Of a stretch of DNA of 64,000 nucleotides, positions 34,800-45,004 are shown one piece after another. Position 1 is the first letter of the stretch. Every line of letters begins with the position of its first letter. Origin of the DNA: Zhihengliuella sp. Its GTDB lineage: Bacteria; Actinomycetota; Actinomycetes; Actinomycetales; Micrococcaceae. The notes beneath the pieces were generated by a model. It had not been told where the DNA came from. It was given only the letters and a program-made list of their open reading frames with translations, and did not search any database. The position numbers and the translations under genes are program-made. The stretch covers positions 263,275 through 327,274 of the forward strand of contig NZ_JAPSJL010000001.1 in NCBI RefSeq assembly GCF_031178195.1, read 5' to 3'.

Positions 34800-34836
34800 C
34801 AGGTGCACGGAGGTCAGGTGCGGAGGAGTCAGGTGA
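34800..34836. repeat. Tandem repeat, 15-nt unit, about 2.5 copies, spanning the HAD-gene stop codon
   Basis: caggtgcacggaggt / caggtgcggaggagt / caggtga. On the coding strand CACCTGA is reiterated, which gives a second in-frame TGA 5 codons downstream. Confidence 0.7.
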
Positions 34837-35692
34837 GCCCGAGCTCGGCGAAGGCGGCCACCAGGCCCTCCTGCCGCGGCGGCGCCGCCGTCCGGTCCGC
34901 CAGAGCCAGCAGGCGCTCCGAGGCGCCCTCGATGACGATCCCGACCCCGGCGAACTCGATCATCTCCAGGTCGTTCTCCCCATCGCCCGCGGCGACCGAG
35001 TCCTCGCGGGCGATGCCGAGCCGGGCGAGCGCCGCCGCGACGCCGTCGGCCTTGCTGATCCCGCGCTGGTAGAGCTCGCCCGTGTGCCGGCCCTCGTCCG
35101 CGATCGAGTTCTCGACGACGGCGATCCCGTCGCCGATCTCCTCGACCAGGCGGGCCATGGGGACGGAGCTGTCCATCACGGACACCTTCGAGAACGGCAC
35201 CTCGGTGCGCTTGCCCGCCGGCCGCAGGGCGCCCAGGATCGCGGACGCCCCGGCGCCGACGCCGCGGTCGAAGTGCTCCTGGATGATCGCCCGGAAGCGT
35301 TCCTCCGCAGCCGGCGGGACGTGGAGGAACTCCTGCGCCTCGAGCACGTAGACGACGTCGTTGGCGTCGAGGACCTCGACCGTCCGGGCCGCCAGATCCG
35401 CGGGGAACCGACGGTCCACCAGCACCTCCCCGGCGACCTCGACGTACGCGCCGGCGCTGGCGACGACGCCGTCGAAGCCCGCTCCGAGGAGGTCCGCGGA
35501 CAGCATGGACGTGGGCCGGCCCGTGCAGAGGAAGACCTTGTGCCCCGCCGCACGGACGGCTCGCACGGCCTGGGCGTGCCCCGGCGGGACCACCCCGTAG
35601 TCGGCGTAGGTCCCGTCGACGTCGAGGAAGACCGCCCGGACGGCGCCGCCGCGGCCCGGGCGCGCGGGAGAGCTGTGAGGCTGGGATCGCAT
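34829..35692 (-). CDS. HAD-IIB (Cof-type) phosphatase
   Basis: VFLDVDGT (motif I), CTGRP, ISKADGV, AAGDGENDLEM (motif IV). Confidence 0.8.
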   Translation of the reverse strand: MRSQPHSSPARPGRGGAVRAVFLDVDGTYADYGVVPPGHAQAVRAVRAAGHKVFLCTGRPTSMLSADLLGAGFDGVVASAGAYVEVAGEVLVDRRFPADLAARTVEVLDANDVVYVLEAQEFLHVPPAAEERFRAIIQEHFDRGVGAGASAILGALRPAGKRTEVPFSKVSVMDSSVPMARLVEEIGDGIAVVENSIADEGRHTGELYQRGISKADGVAAALARLGIAREDSVAAGDGENDLEMIEFAGVGIVIEGASERLLALADRTAAPPRQEGLVAAFAELGLT

Positions 35693-35788
35693 GCTGGGAT
35701 CCTACCGGCGTCGGCTGCGAGGCGGAGCAGCCTGTGGCCGGTCGGGTCGTGCACCTCGAAGGATGCTGGCGCGACGCCGTCGGACCGG

Positions 35789-37270
35789 TCAGTCGGTGTG
35801 CGACTCCAGGAAGCGGTAGACCTCGGTGTCATCCACACCCGGGAACGCCCCGGGCGGCATCGCGGCGAGGAGGTGCTCGTTGGCCCGGGTGGCCGGCCAC
35901 GCGTGGCCCTCCCACGCGGCGGCGAGCGTCTCCGGCGGGCGCCGGCAGCAGGTCTCGTCGGGGCACCGGGACTTGGAGCGCTCCGTGGTGTCGCGGCCGC
36001 GGAACCACTTCGCGTGCTCGAACGGGACCCCCACCGAGAGCGAGAACAGCCCCGCCGAGTGGCGCTCGGTCCGCGCGGTGCACCAGAACGTCCCGTTCAC
36101 AGTGTCGGTGTACTGGTTGAAGGCCCGGAACTTGTCCGGCACGTCGAAGACCACCCGGCTGGTCCAGTACCGGCAGATCGCTTGCCCCTCGATGGCACCG
36201 GTGTGGTCGGCGGGGAAGTTGACGCCGTCGTTCTCGTAGGCCTTGTGGACGATCCCGGACTCGTGCACCTTCTGGAAGTGCGTGGTGATGCCCAGGTGCT
36301 CGGTCGCGAGGTTCGTGAACCGGTGCGCCGCCGACTCGTAGGACACCGCGAACGCGTCCCGCAGGTCCTCGATCGCCAGCTCCTTCTGCGCCCTCGCCCG
36401 CTGGAGCAGCGCCACGGTCTGCCGCTCCGGCATCAGCAGCGCCGCGGCGAAGTAGTTGGTGTAGACGCGCTGGCGGAGGAACTCGGAGTAGTCCGCCGGC
36501 GTCCGGTGCCCCAGCACGTAGTTGCCCAGGGCCTGCAGCAGCACGGACCGCTGGTCGTGCCCGCGGTCGTCCTGGGTCAGGTAGATCCGCTTGTTCTTCA
36601 GGTCCGTCACGGAGCGCGTGGAGTGCGGCAGGTCGTTCACGAAGCGCAGGCTGAAGCCCAGATGGTCGGCCAGATCCGCGGTCACGTGCTGGGACAGCGG
36701 TCCGTCGCTGTGCCCGACGGCGTCGAGCAGCTCCTGCGCGCCGCGCTCCAGCTCCGGGTAGTAGTTGTTGCACGCGCGCATCTCCGCGCGGAGCTCGGTG
36801 TTGGCCCGCCGCGCCTCCTCCGGGGTGGCGGCCTGCTCCTCGAGCCGCCGCGCGAGCTCCCGCTGCAGCCCGACCAGCGACTCCAGTACGTCGATCCCCA
36901 GCCGGGAGGAGACCCGGACCGTCGGCAGTCCCAGTGACTGGTACAGCGGTCCGCGCTGGGCCCGCTCCAACTCGATCTCGAGGGCGGCACGGCGGCTGGG
37001 CGGGCCGCCGCCGAGCAGGTCGTCGACGCTCGTCCCCACGGCGGAGGCGAGCTGTTTGAGCAGGCTCAGCTTGGGCTCGCGCCGGCCGTTCTCGATCAGG
37101 CTCAGCTGGCTGGGCACGACGCCGACCGCCTCGCTCAACCGGTCGAGCGTCAGCCCTGCCTCCTTGCGGGCATGCCGCAGCCGCCGCCCCAGGGCGATCA
37201 CATCGACGGCGTCGTCCTCCGGTTGATCGCGGGCCGGGGGCGCCTTGCGCGTCCGGTCGGGTGGGGTCAT
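35789..37270 (-). CDS. ramB: RamB/ScfR-type regulator (XRE HTH, ImmA/IrrE-like domain, DUF2083 Cys-rich domain)
   Basis: LGRRLRHARKEAGLTLDRLSEAVGVVPSQLSLIENGRREP.., HE-like region YVLGHR, C-terminal ICRYW..CTART..RCPDETCC. Start is at 37270 or 37288. Confidence 0.8.
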   Translation of the reverse strand: MTPPDRTRKAPPARDQPEDDAVDVIALGRRLRHARKEAGLTLDRLSEAVGVVPSQLSLIENGRREPKLSLLKQLASAVGTSVDDLLGGGPPSRRAALEIELERAQRGPLYQSLGLPTVRVSSRLGIDVLESLVGLQRELARRLEEQAATPEEARRANTELRAEMRACNNYYPELERGAQELLDAVGHSDGPLSQHVTADLADHLGFSLRFVNDLPHSTRSVTDLKNKRIYLTQDDRGHDQRSVLLQALGNYVLGHRTPADYSEFLRQRVYTNYFAAALLMPERQTVALLQRARAQKELAIEDLRDAFAVSYESAAHRFTNLATEHLGITTHFQKVHESGIVHKAYENDGVNFPADHTGAIEGQAICRYWTSRVVFDVPDKFRAFNQYTDTVNGTFWCTARTERHSAGLFSLSVGVPFEHAKWFRGRDTTERSKSRCPDETCCRRPPETLAAAWEGHAWPATRANEHLLAAMPPGAFPGVDDTEVYRFLESHTD

Positions 37271-37319
37271 GCGTCGAGCGTACGCCACGCGCCCGCGCGG
37301 GGCACGGCTGCCACCGGGC

Positions 37320-38125
37320 TCACGCCGGCGTCGTGCCGCCTCCGACGGCGATCCGGGTCAGGAGGTCGGCGGCGACGCTCACGGCGATCGTCGCCGGGAG
37401 CTTGCCCGGCACCCCGGGCAACCCGATCGGACAGTCGATCCCCTCGACTGCGCCCTCCTCGTGGCCCATCGCGGTCAGGTTCGCCTTGAAGCGCGTCCAC
37501 TTGGCGTCGGAGCCGATGAGGCCGATCGAGGCGAGGCCGGGGTGCCGCAGCGCCGCATCGCACAGGTGCAGGTCCTCGGCGTGGTCGTGGGTCATGATGA
37601 GCACGTGGGCGCCCTCGGGCAGCCGGCCGATCACCTCCTCGCCCATCACGGCCGGTTCCGGGTGGATCCGGGCCACCGACGGCTCGAGGACGTCCAGTCC
37701 CTCGAGCTGCTCGGGGCGCGAGTCGCTCAGGTGCAGCTCGAGGTCCTGGCGGGAGAGGATGCGGGCGAGTTCGAGGCCGACATTCCCCAACCCGAAGATC
37801 GCGATGGTCGTGGGGACGCGCAGCGGTTCCAGCAGGACCGTCACCTCTCCTCCGCAGCACTGGCGCCCGTACTTCGCCGGGGCCTTGTCGTTCAGCCGCA
37901 GCGTCAACAACTCGGGGCCGGCCGCGGGGTCCGCCAGCATCTCCCGCGCCCGGATCACGGCCGTCATCTCCAGATTGCCGCCCCCAATGGTCTCGAGGAC
38001 CGCATCGGCGGTGACGATCATCTTGGCCCCCGCCTCGCGCGGGGCGTGGCCGCGGACGGCGGCCAGCGTCACGAGGACGGCTGGCCGCCGGCTGCGGCGG
38101 AGGTCGGCGGCCGCATCGATCCAGG

Positions 38126-38129
<4 letters not shown>
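37320..38129 (-). CDS. xdhC: Xanthine dehydrogenase accessory protein XdhC
   Basis: ..VLVTLAAVRGHAPREAGAKMIV..ETIGGGNLE..IFGLGNVGLELARIL..IGLIGSDAKW. ATGA overlap with xdhB. Confidence 0.85.
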
Positions 38130-40615
<2,486 letters not shown>

Positions 40616-40618
40616 GGG

Positions 40619-42145
40619 TTACTCCCCCTTCCGGGGCCGGGTGGTGGCCAGCTGCTCGGCGAAGAACCGCTCGAGCGAGGACTCGAGCATGGCCCTGCGG
40701 TAGGCCGCGCTGGCACGGTGGTCGTCGAGCGGGGTGCCCTCGGCGCCCAGGACGGGTGCGGCGGCGCGGATGGTCTCCAACGTCCAGGGCCGGCCCTCGA
40801 GGGCCGCCTCCGTGGCGCGGGCCCGCAGCGGCGTCGCGGCGACGCCGCCCAGGCCGATGCGCGCCTTGACGACCACGCCGTCGTCCACGGTCACGGCGTA
40901 GCCGATCGCGACGCTGGAGATGTCGTCGAAGCGGCGCTTCGAGATCTTCTGGAAGGAGGTCAGTGGCGCCAGGGGCCGCGGGATGCGGATCGCGGCGATC
41001 AGCTCGTCGGTGGCCCGCACCGTCTGGCGGTAGCCGGTGAAGTAGTCCGCCAGCGGGACGGTCCGGCGGCCCCCGGAGGACACGAGCACCAGCTCGGCCT
41101 CCAGCGCCAGGAGTGCCGGCGGGGTGTCGCCGATGGGCGATCCCGTGCCGAGATTGCCGCCGATCGTCGCGCCGTTCCGGATGAGACGGGAGGCGAACTG
41201 CGGGAACAGCTTGCCCAGCAGGGGGATGCTGCCGGCGAGCTCCCGCTCGAGCTCGCTGAGCGTGCAGGCCGCCCCGAACTCGACCGCGCCGTTGGAGACA
41301 TCGATCCGGCGCAGTTCGGCGAGCCGGTCGATGGCGACCACGGAGCGGGCGCGGGCTCCCTTCAGATTGACGTCGACGCCCCAATCGGTGCCGCCGGCGA
41401 CGACGACGGCGTCCTGCTCCTCCGCCAGGATGCCCAGGGCCTCGGCGAGCGTGGCGGGCCGACGGTAGCGGCCCGTCTCCCCCGACGGCGTGTCCGCTCG
41501 GTGCAGGTCGGTGGCCGCTGGTGCCGGTGCGGGGCGGGCGAGCCGGGCGGCGAACGGATCGTCCTCGTCCGGCGTCCCCAGGGCGAAGGCGGCGTCGCGG
41601 ATCGGGCGGTAGCCGGTGCACCGGCACAGGTTCCCGGACAGCGCGTGGAGATCGAATCCGTTCGGACCGCACTCGTGGCCGTCCCGGTCTGCGTCGGCCG
41701 CGGCTACCGGTCCGGAGGCCGCGTCCGGCGCGGGTGCGACGGCGGCGCGCTCGGGCCGGTAGTACTCCGAGGCCATGCTACAGACGAAGCCCGGCGTGCA
41801 GTAGCCGCACTGCGATCCGCCGCTGCGCGCCATCTCCCGTTGGACCGGGTGCAGGTCCTCGCGGGTCCCCAGCCCCTCGGACGTGAGGACCTCCTGGCCG
41901 TCGAGCGCGGCGGCGGGGAGCAGGCACGCGTTCAGCGCCGTCCAGCGGGTGCCCTCGCCGTCGTCGCGGGCCACGAGGATCGCGCAGGCGCCGCACTCGC
42001 CCTCGGCGCAGCCCTCCTTGCAGCCGATGAGGCCCTCTTCGCGCAGGAAGTCGAGGGCGTTGGTGTGGGTGGGTCCGTCGAACTCCCGGACGGTCCCGTT
42101 GACAGTGACGAAGCACCGTGCTGCTTGAATTGTCTCCGCGGTCAT
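40619..42145 (-). CDS. xdhA: Xanthine dehydrogenase small subunit (2Fe-2S plus FAD-binding domains)
   Basis: ATG at 42145 (RBS GGAGGT). ..GCKEGCAEGECGACA..SQCGYCTPGF.. then FAD-binding ..VVAGGTDWGVDVN. Confidence 0.9.
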   Translation of the reverse strand: MTAETIQAARCFVTVNGTVREFDGPTHTNALDFLREEGLIGCKEGCAEGECGACAILVARDDGEGTRWTALNACLLPAAALDGQEVLTSEGLGTREDLHPVQREMARSGGSQCGYCTPGFVCSMASEYYRPERAAVAPAPDAASGPVAAADADRDGHECGPNGFDLHALSGNLCRCTGYRPIRDAAFALGTPDEDDPFAARLARPAPAPAATDLHRADTPSGETGRYRRPATLAEALGILAEEQDAVVVAGGTDWGVDVNLKGARARSVVAIDRLAELRRIDVSNGAVEFGAACTLSELERELAGSIPLLGKLFPQFASRLIRNGATIGGNLGTGSPIGDTPPALLALEAELVLVSSGGRRTVPLADYFTGYRQTVRATDELIAAIRIPRPLAPLTSFQKISKRRFDDISSVAIGYAVTVDDGVVVKARIGLGGVAATPLRARATEAALEGRPWTLETIRAAAPVLGAEGTPLDDHRASAAYRRAMLESSLERFFAEQLATTRPRKGE

Positions 42146-42292
42146 GCCGCCTACCTCCGACGCCTCGGCAGTGAGGCGCTCTGTCAGAAAGAAATGGGTG
42201 AAAAAGGGAACGGGCCATCGGGGACGGCCCGAGGCGGGGTGCTTCCGCGGTCGTGAGCCCGCCTGAGGCCGCGTGCCGCGGAACGGCGCCGG

Positions 42293-42347
42293 GGGTCCTG
42301 AACTGCGCTGGGTCCTGAATTGCACTCAGGTCCTTCGCAACAGGACC
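42293..42347. promoter_or_regulatory. Direct repeats GGGTCCTGAA (two copies, period 17), a third GGTCCT, and an inverted GGACC, within the xdhA leader
   Basis: 42293-42302, 42310-42319, 42329-42334, 42342-42347. Confidence 0.4.
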
Positions 42348-42430
42348 ATGCGGACAGGGCCGTACGGGCAGGAGGGCATCGCGGCCGCGACCGGCCGCCC
42401 CGCAGGGTCGGCGGCACAGCACCGCGGGGG

Positions 42431-42481
42431 TCAGTCGCCGTGGGCGATCTGCCCGGCTCCCCAGGCACCGCATCCACCCAT
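42431..42481 (-). CDS. 16-codon ORF (MGGCGAWGAGQIAHGD) with a strong SD, candidate leader peptide
   Basis: GGAGGA-5nt-ATG, about 50 nt downstream of the promoter-like element. Codon usage is not host-like (GGT/GGA). Confidence 0.25.
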   Translation of the reverse strand: MGGCGAWGAGQIAHGD

Positions 42482-42532
42482 GATCATCCTCCAGCTATTC
42501 CGAATCATGGAAATATTCTTCACTCTCTCGAA

Positions 42533-42561
42533 ATTCTGACCATCCGGGCGAGGTATGTCAA
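42533..42561 (-). promoter_or_regulatory. Sigma-70-like promoter, TTGACA-n17-CAGAAT
   Basis: Minus-strand reading of the AT-richer patch 40 nt downstream of the permease stop. About 390 nt upstream of xdhA. Confidence 0.5.
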
Positions 42562-42602
42562 GCATCACATCGGGCCGCCCGGGAGCGGACCGGGGTTGGC
42601 GG

Positions 42603-44105
42603 CTACCCGAGGAGCGCGGTGATCGGCCCCCGCGCGAAGTACACCAGGAACCCCGCGGCGACGATCCACATCAGGGGGTGGATCTTCCGGTAGCGGCCGG
42701 CCGCGGTGTTGACGACCACCCACGCGATGAACCCGACGCCGATGCCGTTGGCGATCGAGTACGTCAGCGGCATGGTGATCAGCGTCAGGAAGGCCGGGAG
42801 TGCCGAGGAGAACCGCTTGAAGTTGATCTCGCGGATCTGCGTGCACATGAGCGTGCCCACCAGGACGAGGGCGGCGGCCGCGACCTCGATCGGCACCACC
42901 GAGGTCAGCGGCGTGAAGAACATCGACCCCAGGAACAGGACTCCGGTGACGACGGCGGCGAGCCCGGTGCGCGCGCCCTCACCGATGCCCGCGGCCGAGT
43001 CCACGTAGACGGTGTTCGAGGACGATGAGCCCATGCCGCCGCCGACGGCCCCGAGGCCCTCGACGACGAACGCCGCCTTCAACCGGGGGAACGTTCCGTC
43101 CTTGCGAGCCAGGCCGGCATTCCGGGCCAGACCGGTCATGGTGCCCATGGCGTCGAAGAAGTTCGTGAACACGAGCGTGAAGACGAGCATCGTCCCGGCG
43201 AGGACTCCGATCCGGGAGAAGGCCCCGAAGAGGTCGAACTCTCCGGCCAGGCTCAGGTCCGGCACGGAGACGATCTGCCCTGAGAGGACCGGCGTGTTCA
43301 GATGCCACCCGTGCTCGTTCCCGGCGGACATCGGACCGAGGCGGAGCACGGCCTCGACGATCGCCGCCAGCACGGTGGTGGCGACGATCCCGATGAGGAT
43401 GCCGCCCTGGACGCCGCGCGCCACGAGGGCGCCCATGATCAGCAGCCCGACCACGAATACCAGGGTCGGGACGGACACGATCGACCCGCTGTCGCCCAGC
43501 TGGACCGGCGGCCCGCCCACGGTCCGCGTCACGAAGCCGGAGTCGACGAAGCCGATGAACGTGATGAACAGGCCGATGCCGACGGTGATGGCGGCCTTGA
43601 GGTCCTGGGGGATGGCTTTGAAGATGGCCGTCCGGATGCCGGTCAGTCCGAAGATCACGATCAGCACGCCGTTGATGACCACCAGTCCCATGGCCTCCGG
43701 CCAGGTCACGTCCTGGATCACGGACACGGCCAGGAACGAGTTGATGCCCAGGCCGGCCGCGAGCCCGAAGGGCAGGTTCGCGACGAGGCCGAACAGGATG
43801 GTCAGCGCACCCGCGGTGAGGCCGGTCATGGCGCCGACCTGCGCGGCGGGGAGCCAGCCCCCGGCAACGTCGACCGGCGCGGCCTCGGCGCTGAACCCAC
43901 CGAGGATGAGCGGGTTCAGGATGACGATGTAGGCCATGGTGAAGAACGTGACCAGGCCGCCACGGAACTCCCGGGACAGCGTCGATCCGCGTTCGCTGAT
44001 CCTGAAGTAGCTGTCCAGCAGCCGGGCCGGCCCGGGCGCCGCCGGGGCCGGTGCGGGAGTACCCGTGGGGCCGGGCGTCGCCCTCGAGGGCTGGGTCGTC
44101 GTCAT
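42603..44105 (-). CDS. NCS2/AzgA-family purine (guanine/hypoxanthine/adenine) permease
   Basis: ..YFRISERGSTLSREFRGGLVTFFTMAYIVILNPLILGG.. and a multi-TM profile. Confidence 0.85.
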   Translation of the reverse strand: MTTTQPSRATPGPTGTPAPAPAAPGPARLLDSYFRISERGSTLSREFRGGLVTFFTMAYIVILNPLILGGFSAEAAPVDVAGGWLPAAQVGAMTGLTAGALTILFGLVANLPFGLAAGLGINSFLAVSVIQDVTWPEAMGLVVINGVLIVIFGLTGIRTAIFKAIPQDLKAAITVGIGLFITFIGFVDSGFVTRTVGGPPVQLGDSGSIVSVPTLVFVVGLLIMGALVARGVQGGILIGIVATTVLAAIVEAVLRLGPMSAGNEHGWHLNTPVLSGQIVSVPDLSLAGEFDLFGAFSRIGVLAGTMLVFTLVFTNFFDAMGTMTGLARNAGLARKDGTFPRLKAAFVVEGLGAVGGGMGSSSSNTVYVDSAAGIGEGARTGLAAVVTGVLFLGSMFFTPLTSVVPIEVAAAALVLVGTLMCTQIREINFKRFSSALPAFLTLITMPLTYSIANGIGVGFIAWVVVNTAAGRYRKIHPLMWIVAAGFLVYFARGPITALLG

Positions 44106-44118
44106 GGGGCCGCCCTCC

Positions 44119-44604
44119 CTAGTAGTCCACTCGGGTCTCGAGTTCGCCCCAGGCGCGGAACGGCCTCAGGTGCGCCTCGGCACCGGGAACCTCACGGACC
44201 ACCGGCATGAGCGCACGGTCGGCGTCCTGGGCGAAGTAGTCGTAGAAGACGGCGTCGTCGAATCCCGCGTGGGCGGCGTCGTGGCGGTCGGCGGCGAACA
44301 CCACGCGCTCGATCCGGGCCCACAGCGCCGAGGCCAGGCACATGGGGCAGGGTTCGCAGCTGGAGTAGAGCGTGCAGCCGCTCAGGTCGAAGGTGCCCAG
44401 CCCGCTGGCGGCCGCGCGGATCGCGACGACCTCGGCGTGCGCCGTGGGGTCGTTGCTGGCGGTGACCCGGTTGACCCCCTCGAACGTCCTGCCGTCGGGG
44501 GCGACGACGAGGGCGCCGAAGGGCCCACCCGCGTTGAGGACATTGGTGGTGGCGATCTCGATGGCCATCGACAGGTAGTCGCGGCCGGTGGTGGGGACGT
44601 CCAT
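44119..44604 (-). CDS. guaD: Guanine deaminase, CDA-fold (GuaD type)
   Basis: ATG at 44604 (RBS AGGAG). ..GGPFGALVV..HAEVVAIR..CEPCPMCLASALWARIERVVFA. Confidence 0.8.
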   Translation of the reverse strand: MDVPTTGRDYLSMAIEIATTNVLNAGGPFGALVVAPDGRTFEGVNRVTASNDPTAHAEVVAIRAAASGLGTFDLSGCTLYSSCEPCPMCLASALWARIERVVFAADRHDAAHAGFDDAVFYDYFAQDADRALMPVVREVPGAEAHLRPFRAWGELETRVDY

Positions 44605-45004
44605 TGTGAGGCTCCTGGAATACTCGCCGGACCAGTCGCAGAGCCGATCGACCCCTACGGTCGCTCGAGTCCCGGTGCAGCCGGTCGGCTGGAAACGGAT
44701 TGACCTAACGCCCGGTAGATAGCGACCCGACCCGCGGGTGCCCGCCATAGACAGTCACCGACCGTACCAAGCTTCTGTGATCTGCGCCACACTTTTTGGA
44801 AAAATCTTCTTGCCTAGCGGTAGCGAGCAGCGTCGGCGGCGCGGCTCCCGCCACCGGAGGGTTCGCCTCCGCTGCGGTGCGCGGCCGGTCGAATTCACAG
44901 GAAGGCCGACGACGCGTCGGCCCGGCGTGACCCTCCGTTAACGGCCGCCGGACACCGTGGGGAGACGTTGGGGGACATCCGACCGCTTCTACGGAGGACC
45001 ACAC

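Noticed and set aside
42184-42477. 97-aa minus-strand ORF (GTG start) in the xdhA leader
   Set aside because: R/P-rich, no RBS, no domain. It overlaps the better-supported 16-codon ORF in another frame.
44605-45004. Possible purine riboswitch in the 400-nt spacer upstream of guaD (minus-strand ..GCUAUCUACCGGGCGUUAGG.. resembles the UCUACCGGGC junction of guanine riboswitches)
   Set aside because: I could find only this about 10-nt resemblance. There is no convincing P1/P2/P3 helices, and the U-A-U-A-type J1/2 and loop-loop motifs are missing. A Rfam/Infernal scan would be needed; I do not call it.
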